Shown here piece after piece: positions 51,846-62,143 of a DNA stretch of 62,143 nt (within the stretch, counting starts at the first letter, position 1; each line of letters starts with the position of its first letter). A program made the translations under genes and the position numbers. The DNA is from Paraspadella gotoi (Eukaryota > Animalia > Chaetognatha). The notes under the pieces were generated by a model. That model saw only the letters and a list, made by a program, of their open reading frames with translations. It was not told the origin of the DNA and made no database searches. The stretch is taken from contig CM119266.1 of assembly GCA_051294375.1 (NCBI GenBank), positions 11,611,912 to 11,674,054 on the forward strand. Reading direction: 5' to 3'.

Positions 51846-53511
51846 NNNNNNNNNNNNNNNNNNNNNNNNNNNNNNNNNNNNNNNNNNNNNNNNNNNNNNN
51901 NNNNNNNNNNNNNNNNNNNNNNNNNNNNNNNNNNNNNNNNNNNNNNNNNNNNNNNNNNNNNNNNNNNNNNNNNNNNNNNNNNNNNNNNNNNNNNNNNNNN
52001 NNNNNNNNNNNNNNNNNNNNNNNNNNNNNNNNNNNNNNNNNNNNNNNNNNNNNNNNNNNNNNNNNNNNNNNNNNNNNNNNNNNNNNNNNNNNNNNNNNNN
52101 NNNNNNNNNNNNNNNCTTCCCTCCTTCTCTCTTTCTCTTTTTAATCTTCTCCGGATTTCCATTATGTTTTATGATTCGCCATCACTAGATTAAATAATTA
52201 AATAATCATGCCTCGATAATGGAAATTATTAGATTTGCAGGAGGGTTAACGAAGCTCTGAAGCTGCTTGTGGTTGTCCGGTGGTGGTGTGGACAAGTTTG
52301 GCGTCCTGTCGCTTTTTTTTTGTATCGACCATCGCGTCACGCCGATCATCGGCGTTGACTAAAAATTCATGGTGCTTGAACATCGCCCCATACCCACCCC
52401 CCTCCGGCTACAATCCGGCTCACTCTTTTTTTGGTGAGACGATAAAAAAAGAGTGAACGGTGAATCGAAGTCACTCAAGTGGGACGGAGGAGGCGGCGGC
52501 GGCGGCGGCGACGGCGGCNNNNNNNNNNNNNNNNNNNNNNNNNNNNNNNNNNNNNNNNNNNNNNNNNNNNNNNNNNNNNNNNNNNNNNNNNNNNNNNNNN
52601 NNNNNNNNNNNNNNNNNNNNNNNNNNNNNNNNNNNNNNNNNNNNNNNNNNNNNNNNNNNNNNNNNNNNNNNNNNNNNNNNNNNNNNNNNNNNNNNNNNNN
52701 NNNNNNNNNNNNNNNNNNNNNNNNNNNNNNNNNNNNNNNNNNNNNNNNNNNNNNNNNNNNNNNNNNNNNNNNNNNNNNNNNNNNNNNNNNNNNNNNNNNN
52801 NNNNNNNNNAGTGGCGCGAAAGTTACGCGACCGCGAATTCTCGCCTCAGTGTCGACACGTGGCGCGCGTCGCGTCTCCGCGGGGTGGCGCTCTCTCTGAG
52901 ATCGAGAGAGAGAGGGGGGCGCTGAGGAAAGAGAGGGGGGCTCTGTGGAGAGAAGTGGCACCGCGGGGGAGAAAGAGGGTAGAGTGTTGAAAAAGGGGAT
53001 GATGAAGATGGAATTGTATTCTTGATGAGGTCGACTGAGAAAGGGCATCGGTCGAGCATGGTTGACTTTTTTCTTTAGGAAGAAAGTGAAAAAGGATCAT
53101 GGTTGTTGTTGCTACTGTCGTTTATGTTTTGTAAAAGCCCATTGTTTCTCTGTCGGTCAAATCAGGAAAACTATGTCAAAGAGTAACTTTTCTTTGATAT
53201 CAATGACTTTATTATCTATATTAAATGACCCTATAGTTAAGACACGGGTTATAATTATATATCAGAATTTAAAATTGATACTTTTATATTAACTAATATG
53301 AATTTACAATTTTCGTCTCCTATTTCGTCGCGTCCTTTGTCACGTAAATCCACTTTCCTCGCATCGTTCATTCCTCCTTTGTCACGCGTTTATCTGAGTC
53401 CTCGACTTCCGGTCGTCAATAATTGATGACAGAATTCGAGGGACAAATCGAAAAGTTCGAATCCGTCGATTGGATTCCAAACCTCGAATCATCAATTACG
53501 CAAAATTCGAA

Positions 53512-53545
<34 letters not shown>

Positions 53546-54589
53546 NNNNNNNNNNNNNNNNNNNNNNNNNNNNNNNNNNNNNNNNNNNNNNNNNNNNNNN
53601 NNNNNNNNNNNNNNNNNNNNNNNNNNNNNNNNNNNNNNNNNNNNNNNNNNNNNNNNNNNNNNNNNNNNNNNNNNNNNNNNNNNNNNNNNNNNNNNNNNNN
53701 NNNNNNNNNNNNNNNNNNNNNNNNNNNNNNNNNNNNNNNNNNNNNNNNNNNNNNNNAGACACGATGAGAATTTAAACGCGCGTTGCGTCATGAGTGAGTA
53801 AGAGAACTCAAAAGACGACAGAGAGAGAGAGAGAATGTGCCGCGTCATCTCCCTCTCGCTCCGGGGGATCAACGTGGGAAAGGCGCTCGTTCGACGACGG
53901 CGTCGCTCGAGGGCGCGCGAGAGAAGNNNNNNNNNNNNNNNNNNNNNNNNNNNNNNNNNNNNNNNNNNNNNNNNNNNNNNNNNNNNNNNNNNNNNNNNNN
54001 NNNNNNNNNNNNNNNNNNNNNNNNNNNNNNNNNNNNNNNNNNNNNNNNNNNNNNNNNNNNNNNNNNNNNNNNNNNNNNNNNNNNNNNNNNNNNNNNNNNN
54101 NNNCAAACATCCTCTCCTCAACTTCCCTTCCCTCGAACTTACCCATGCTTCCTCTTTCCTTTCCCTCGATTCACTGCTCACCGCAAAGATTTAAACTAAC
54201 CCACCGCTGCTCCCGTCCTCCCTCTCTCACCTCACTCTCACTCGGATGCGTCTCGCGTCATTCAAAATTCATTCGGGTTAATTTGCATCTAGAAGCTTAG
54301 GCAACGGAAGCGGCGTCGGCCGCGGCTGTTGCGGTGACTGCGGCGGAGTAGGCGACGGAGGCGGCTTCCGTTCGGCCTCGTCGCGCTGAAGTTCCTTTTG
54401 TCTTGAGATTATCGCCGCTAAGTGGGAGAAGATGGAGAGAATGAAGGAAGGTGGAGGAAAGAAAAGGAAAAAGAGAGAAAAGGATAAATTAGGAACTAAA
54501 TTTTCTTGGCCCTCTTTCATTGAGTTATTATAAGAAAACTGTTAAGAAAGGTTTATTATTGTGCCAATACAACGATTTTTATTTAATAA

Positions 54590-54633
54590 GAGTACATGTT
54601 TCGACTCTATTGGTTCGAGTCTTCATCAGGTTT
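54590..54633 (-). ncRNA. Minimal hammerhead ribozyme-like motif (Penelope LTR remnant)
   Basis: Minus strand reads CTGATGA-A-GACTC-gaaccaata-GAGTC-GAAAC-AT-GTA, then AATAAA-containing sequence; stem I does not pair well. Confidence 0.55.
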
Positions 54634-54778
54634 TAAAAGAATTTAAGTATTTTTTCTGTGTATAAATTTCACTCTCTTCGTATTTTCCTTACTCCCTTTT
54701 CTCTCTTCCCCTCTTCACTCTCTCACTCTCGTCAAAACCACTCGACATGGAAACTGCAACATCGCCCTCCAGCTGAGC

Positions 54779-54818
<40 letters not shown>

Positions 54819-56110
54819 GCGAAGGCAGGAGAGAGAGAGATGAGAGAGAGAGAGGAGAGAGAGAGGAGAGAGAAAAGAGAGATGGAGAGAAGAAGACGAG
54901 AGAGAGAGGAGAGAGATGAGCTTCAGCTGAGAGGGCGATGTTGCATTTCCATGTGCGAGTGTTTTGACGAGAGTGAGAGAGTGAAGAGGAAGAGAAGAAA
55001 AGGGAGTAAGGAAAATACGAAGATGAGTGAATTATACACAGAAAAAATACTTAACTTTTTAAACCTGATTGAAGACCTAAACAATAGAGTCGAACCATTG
55101 TACTCTNNNNNNNNNNNNNNNNNNNNNNNNNTCAAGTGCATACAATCCCTTTCATTAGTCGGGTCTAATTTGTTATTAATAGAATTTCCCCTTTCCTCTC
55201 ACAAAGTTCTCTCTCTCTCTCTCTGTCTCTCTCTCTCTTTCTCTCTCTCGCTCTCTCTCTCCTGATTGGTATTCATCGCCAATGATGCCGAGTTAATGAT
55301 TTCAGGCTGAAAAGAGTTTCCTCGGCAACCTACCGTGAGTTTTTCGCCCCGAGCGAATCTCGCCCGCGCCCGCCAGCCCGCCCGCATGGCCGCCGCCCCA
55401 TAAAAGGCTCGACGCGCAAATGGAGATCATGGAGAAAGAAAGAAGAAAAGAACTCGGTGCCCTTTTGTTCGTCGAGTTGTTCACAAACTTTTGTTCAATC
55501 GATTCTTTCTTTCTGACTTTAATTTATCTAGAAATTCTTTCTCAAAGATTTTATTTCAATACTTAAAAAATAAAAGACTTTTTTTTCGCTTTTAGAGAAT
55601 CGTTAAGTTTTTTATTGCCGTATATCACGAATATCAATTGTGCGAAAATTTCCAAGGTTCACGACAAATGTCGCCAAGACAAAGATTATTACAACGCACT
55701 TCCTAAATACAATAATTTAAAATTAAGTGAGGGAATGACAAAGTATTTACAAGGAAACAGTAACCGCTATACTCAATACAAATAATCTAGTCGAGAGTAG
55801 TACCCTGATTGGTAAAAAAAATCAATACTCTTCCGTTCTTCGCGAATCGCTTCGCCAATTTAAGCTTTTCATAAAACCGTGTAGCTAACGTCGACGTTAT
55901 TGTCAGTGTTTTTTTAAAAACTTTTTAAGGTGTCATTAAGCTTCGACTATGTCTACAAAAAACGGACGATGATATATGGGTAATAGGAACAATAATAGAT
56001 AAAAGTATTGACTAAATCAAAATGGAAGATGTCGCTTTTTGTTTTTGTTTTTTCAAAGTCGCGTTTTGCGAAGACTAAATTCGATGCTCTTTTGTCTTCG
56101 GGTTCCAGTT

Positions 56111-57371
56111 TCACGATCTGTCCGCCTCGCGCGCTGGTTTCACGGGTTGACTGGCGTAAGGTTGGAAGATGCTGGTCGTTCGCGCCTCGGACGCGACGGG
56201 GGCGGTGGTGAGCGGAATGGGGCGTGGTAGGGAAATGGGCGGCGCCGGAAGCGAGACGAGCGAGGACGGAGGCGCGTGGGACGAAGAAGTCGGCGTGGAG
56301 GAAGGCGCGCCGACGGTGGGCGCGCCGACACCGCCAGGGGACGATCGACCGTTTGGATGGAAAGATCCAGGCGTGGACGGCGCCTCGGCAAGGCCGGCAC
56401 CGGCCGCGTGCCCGGGACTGGCGGTCGGCGAGGGCGGCATTAAAGGAAACGGAGCTGGAAGAGGATTGGCGCTGCTGACGTTGGCGCCGGGATGTGGCGG
56501 CGGCGGCAGCAGAGCGTGAGAGAGTCGGTCCAGCGACGGCGTTTGCCCGTTCGCTGCTGCGGCGGCGGAACCCAAGAGACGAAAGTAAGGAGAGTTGAGA
56601 ACGTCGGGCAGGCCGGCCGAGGAAGCTGGGGCGCCCGGAGCGGCCGGCGGGCTGCGGTTGAGCGCCAGGGCGGCCGAGTTCGGCGTCAGCGGGGCGTTAG
56701 CGCCCGACGAGGGACCGCCGTACGGACTATAAGCAGCGGCAGCGCGTTGCAGCTCCATGCTGGCGTAGTAAGTGTAGGGAAGTCCGGCGGCGGCGCCCGC
56801 GGCAGCAGCGGCGGCCGCGCCGGGAGGGTAGGGATAACCGCGAGAGGCCGCGGCTGCCGTTAGCATATAGGCGTAGAGGCTGGGATCGCCGTAGGGCCAA
56901 GCGAAGGCCATCCGTTGGCGCTTGTCCTTCATGCGTCGGTTTTGAAACCAGACCTGAAGAGAAGGGACAGAGAAAAAGGAGGCTCAGTTATATGGTAATT
57001 TAGAGTTTAGTGCTTTGGTTTTAAAATTGGTAATGATTATCACATTAAACGAAGTTAACATAGATTCATAACTCAACGCTCAAGACACGCTAGTTATGAA
57101 TTATTGCTTTCTCATAAAATCAGTATTGAAAATTAAGCGCCATTCTGTTGCCGAATGTCCGCCCTCCGAACCCCCCCTCTTATTCCATCTTTCCAAACAG
57201 GAGTCAGTAATTTGCCGCCAAAGCTCAACTCGAGTCATAAACGTCTCAAGCCCAACCGGTTCATCTCCGCCCGCGCATCGGGTTAGAGGGTTCGATGACC
57301 GTCGCAACGAGCCGAGGCCCCTTCACTGCCGTTTAGACCTGGCCGCGGAGAGCGAGAGAGAGAGAGAGAGG

Positions 57372-57406
<35 letters not shown>

Positions 57407-59834
57407 AAGAAAGAGAGAGGAGAGAGAGAGAGAACGCTGTCGTAGACGTCGGTGAAATTCGACGTCAACGTCAAACGTCAAAAATCTTTTTTGGGTGAAA
57501 TTCACGGGCGCGCGACTCTTGAGTCACGATCGAAAATTCACCGTGGGGGGCGAGATCGTCTTTCACGAATAGTGATCGTGAGATGGGGGTGGATTTTGGA
57601 ATGTAACGTTGAGCCGGTTAAGATAGAGGGAAATTTGGCAAAAGTCGGGGGGGGGGCGAGTTTTGTGAAAGATGGGGGGGGGGGGGGGGGGGGGGGGAAA
57701 GGGGAATTCCCATCGCGGCCTCGAAAACCCGACAAACGACCTTTAAATCGACCCTCCTTTCGAATCATTCCGCGACGACACCGCAAATTAACGACCCCCC
57801 GGGATTTGGGAAGGAGTTGGGAAGGATTCGGGGAAAGTGGGTGATCGTTGGAGGAAACGGATTTGGGTGGGGGAAATGATGGGGAAAGGTGAGTACGACG
57901 GGGAAGGTAGAAGGTAGTAAAGTAGTAAAGTACTAAACAAAAAGTAATTAGTTGTTGATAATTTAATTAATTTAAGAGGTTTTTAGCTACTGCAAGGAGC
58001 AAAGAGCCGAGTTACTTGAACGAACGGATTGAATAGTCGGACTTGACTTTGACTTTGACTTTAAAGCAAATTTTTCCCATTAACCCTCTTTTTCCCTTTT
58101 TTTTTCGTTAACGTCAAACTCGAATTTTTTTGCCTAATTTCTCTCCATCCCTAATTTCCTTCTTTTCTTAATTTCTTTTCCTCCCTAATTCCTTTCTTTT
58201 CCTTAATTTCTTTTCCTTCCCATCCGGATTAATCGGGGATTACTCTGCGGGTAATCGCTCTGGAGGGTCGCTCTACCGCCAAGCCTTTACGAAGTACTTT
58301 TCTCTCTCTCTCTCTCTCTCTCTCTCNNNNNNNNNNNNNNNNNNNNNNNNNNNNNNNNNNNNNNNNNNNNNNNNNNNNNNNNNNNNNNNNNNNNNNNNNN
58401 NNNNNNNNNNNNNNNNNNNNNNNNNNNNNNNNNNNNNNNNNNNNNNNNNNNNNNNNNNNNNNNNNNNNNNNNNNNNNNNNNNNNNNNNNNNNNNNNNNNN
58501 NNNNTTTTTAATTTGGGGTTGTCTAAATCCAAATTTTGAAATCAACCCGAATTTTCGATGCTCTTTTTTTTACCTCCACGGACAACAAAGATTTCGATCC
58601 TAATCAACGAAAGGTTTCGGTTTCTTCGTTCTATAATTAGTCGGCCATGATACGCTCTCATTTGTTTACTTTTCTTTGGTATCAAAACGCCGACGACAAT
58701 TATTTCTCTTTGGTTTTCTTTCGCTTTTAAAATAACAACTTGACTTTCTGACTTCCATTCTCTCGGAGTGCACTTCTAAAACATTTCCACCAAAATAACT
58801 CTTCACAATCGACGTCAACCGTAACGGCGTCGCCTTTTATTCCGCGTCAATCGTCACCCTCTTCCCGCCACGGCCCCGCCCCCCTTCGCCAACTCCATCG
58901 CCTTCATCCGCGCCAACGTCGGGAATGATTGGAACAAGGGAAGGGAAAGTGGACGCGGCTAATTTCAAGATGAATCGACTTTTGGCGTGTGGTCGCCGCC
59001 GCCCGACGCAGCCGCCGCCGCCGACGACTGACAATTCCCAATCTTCGTCCTTCTCTTTTTGACTTTTGTCCTTTTCTTTTTTTTTTATTTGCAATTGCGA
59101 CATGGATTCTCCTCTTTGCTGACAAAGATTCCAATCATTCCAATTATTGGCGGAAAAAATGAAGGAAGGGCTCTTGTCATGTTGCTTTTGGAATCCAGCG
59201 AAATTGAATTACGAAAAAATTCAATTTTTTTAATTCTTATTTTTTGATTTTTTTTTTTTCGTAAGACGATGGATTTCAAAACTTTGAGAGACTAGAAAAT
59301 TGATAATACTAAAAATGATAATAATGACGTTTAAGGCTGCGCCACGTAGTAGTACTACATTTTTTTTTAAATCCGATTTCAGCCGCATATGCCAACTACT
59401 GTACACATTTTTCTATGTTTCCCCCTACACCTCATTCCACTTTCAACAATCCTCATCACATTTCCTCACCTTAATCGTGGATTCGGGTAGGTTCAACTCA
59501 GCAGCGAGCTCGCATCGCCGCGGACGAGAGACGTAGTTCTCCCGGAGGAACTCCTTCTCGAGCCGCGCCAGCTGCTCGCGGGTAAAGGCGGTGCGGTAGC
59601 GCCGCACTCCCGGGTCCTCCGCCGACCCGGTCATCTTCCCGAAGTTGCTGCTCTGCTGATTGGAAGCGGCGCTACCAGGAACGCCGTCGGGCGACACCGA
59701 TGGAGATCCCGGCGTCCCTTCGACGACGCCGCGCGGTCCGTCAACGTCGACGACGATGTCCGAGGATGGCGCCAGGGAGGTGGGCGTGGCTCCGGGACCG
59801 GAAGTTGGAGTGGGTGGTGGTTTAGGGTTGTCTT
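56111..59834 (-). CDS. eve: even-skipped / Evx homeobox gene (exons 59470-59834 and 56111-56953; 5' exon upstream)
   Basis: Homeodomain [45 protein letters not shown]|[14 protein letters not shown], followed by [10 protein letters not shown], an Ala/Pro-rich repression region and a C-terminal FQPY (Groucho-type FKPY) motif; GT-AG intron at TIK|VWF. Confidence 0.97.
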
Positions 59835-61280
59835 CTGCGAGAGGGGAAAGAAAGAGGGGGAGGAGCAAAATGAAAGTTGTGACAAGGGAAACAAATTGCG
59901 GGATAAATTTAGAGGTTAACGCTACATTTGATTGCGGAGATTTAAGGTCGAGCTCATCTGGGGAAGTACACTGCGTCGAATGACTCTCNNNNNNNNNNNN
60001 NNNNNNNNNNNNNNNNNNNNNNNNNNNNNNNNNNNNNNNNNNNNNNNNNNNNNNNNNNNNNNNNNNNNNNNNNNNNNNNNNNNNNNNNNNNNNNNNNNNN
60101 NNNNNNNNNNNNNNNNNNNNNNNNNNNNNNNNNNNNNNNNNNNNNNNNNNAACGTCATCATGACATATCATCGCCGCAGCCGAAAAAAAGAAAAGAGAAC
60201 CAAAAAGGATGAAAAAAAAAGAAAGACGAAACTTTCTTTATTTTTTTTTGTTTTTTTGACTTTTGCTTTTCAGTCATGAGTTTCAATGATTGTCTTTCAT
60301 TCATTTTCGAATCCCCTCCATTTCTTTCTTCTGTTATTCCTGCTCGTCGCACGCAAAGAAACTCATTGAGGTGAAAGATAAGAGAAAAAAAATAGGGGGG
60401 GAGGGGGAGGAGACTCCTCTTCCTCCTCGCCCCAGGGACAGGGGGCGTCTTTCCTCTTCCTCCGTCCGCTCTTCCTTTTCTCGCAGAAAAAAGCGTCGCT
60501 TCTCCTCATCTCAGGCGCCGCTCTTCCCCGCCCGTTTTCGATGATGATTTCTTCCACAATCGAATGAGTTGAGCGAAAAAAAAANNNNNNNNNNNNNNNN
60601 NNNNNNNNNNNNNNNNNNNNNNNNNNNNNNNNNNNNNNNNNNNNNNNNNNNNNNNNNNNNNNNNNNNNNNNNNNNNNNNNNNNNNNNNNNNNNNNNNNNN
60701 NNNNNNNNNNNNNNNNNNNNNNNNNNNNNNNNNNNNNNNNNNNNNNNNNNNNNNNNNNNNNNNNNNNNNNNNNNNNNNNNNNNNNNNNNNNNNNNNNNNN
60801 NNNNNNNNNNNNNNNNNNNNNNNNNNNNNNNNNNNNNNNNNNNNNNNNNNNNNNNNNNNNNNNNNNNNNNNNNNNNNNNNNNNNNNNNNNNNNNNNNNNN
60901 NNNNNNNNNNNNNNNNNNNNNNNNNNNNNNNNNNNNNNNNNNNNNNNNNNNNNNNNNNNNNNNNNNNNNNNNNNNNNNNNNNNNNNNNNNNNNNNNNNNN
61001 NNNNNNNNNNNNNNNNNNNNNNNNNNNNNNNNNNNNNNNNNNNNNNNNNNNNNNNNNNNNNNNNNNNNNNNNNNNNNNNNNNNNNNNNNNNNNNNNNNNN
61101 NNNNNNNNNNNNNNNNNNNNNNNNNNNNNNNNNNNNNNNNNNNNNNNNNNNNNNNNNNNNNNNNNACATTTCTATACATAATATGCCCCATCAAAAAACC
61201 GCATGGACATATAAACGGATCGTTATTTCGAAAGACCGGCAAGTTGGTTTTGTATTTCTACATTTCTATTTTTATTTCTT

Positions 61281-61365
<85 letters not shown>

Positions 61366-62092
61366 ATTTTCCGGTTTCTCATAACGCACGAATAAGCATC
61401 TTCATTTGGAGAAGAATCGTCCTTATCGTCGATAACGAGCGAACGAGATCATTTTTTTCTTTCTTTCTTTTTTCTTTCTTTCTTTTCGCTAATTTTGAGA
61501 AGTCAAAGTCTCATTTCGCGCGAAAGAAAGAGAAAAATAAATTCTCGAATTAAAATCGAATTTTCGACGAAGTGAATTTTTCGAAATTAGTGAAGGAGAA
61601 AAAAACGAGATTTTTTTTCTCTTTAAAGTCACGAGTTGATATCAGAAGTCAAACAGTTAACGTCTCCTTACTTCATTAAAACATTACATATGAAAGAAAG
61701 ATGGATACAAATTAACTCTCACACAGGCCCACGCATGCGCACGCGAACCTACTCCTACGTGCGAACACAAACTTGCCCACTTCAAGACACACGCACGCAA
61801 AAACAAAACAGAACCAAAACCAAAAAAAAGTCAACAATTAAATCTCGGGAAATAATAGAGTCGTAGCTTAAGATAAGCCCTTTTGTTTTTGTTGCCAAAG
61901 ATGGAGCATTTGTCTAAAAAAAAGGAAAAAAGAAAAAAAAGGAAGTTCTTTCTCTCTCTCCGTGGTCGGGATAGAAGCACGAAGGCAGCTTAACCGAGGT
62001 CACATCGGGTCATCAGTCTTCCCTTCGCTTTTTGCTTATCTTACCTCAACCTCACCCGTACAGGATCCGCAAAAACCGCGGAAGCCCCTTAC

Positions 62093-62143
62093 CTTCCGCG
62101 TCTCTCCCTCTTGGAACGCAGACTCCTATTACGGCTCGCGTGT
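62093..62143 (-). CDS. eve: Possible 3' end of eve exon 1
   Basis: Strong donor AAG|GTAAGG with an open phase-1 frame that matches the acceptor at 59834; no homology evidence. Confidence 0.3.

Noticed and set aside
59835-59988. ORF extension upstream of the eve homeobox exon
   Set aside because: It crosses a clear polypyrimidine tract and CAG acceptor, and has no phase-compatible donor.

Overview
Eukaryotic (invertebrate animal) genomic scaffold: AT-rich, microsatellite-rich, with many N gaps. Three genes are supported. (1) A multi-exon, divergent chitin synthase on the minus strand, from about 26751 to beyond the left edge, with CATMWHET, DGD, EDR and QRRRW motifs intact. (2) An intronless gene for a 15-finger C2H2 zinc-finger protein at 35261-36610 (+). 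(3) An even-skipped/Evx homeobox gene at 56111-59834 (-), with its first exon uncertain. Between them lie non-autonomous mobile elements: a 3-kb hAT-type foldback element with an 8-bp TSD, Helentron/DINE-1-like elements, MITEs, a SINE-like family and two Penelope-type minimal hammerhead motifs. The most novel-looking feature is a ~700-bp TRIM whose two LTRs each carry a tRNA-like Pol III A/B-box cassette, nested inside a MITE. Segments 15357-19645 and 54910-55106 are indel-rich inverted copies that look like long-read gap-filling artefacts. All calls come from manual reading and translation; no database searches were run.
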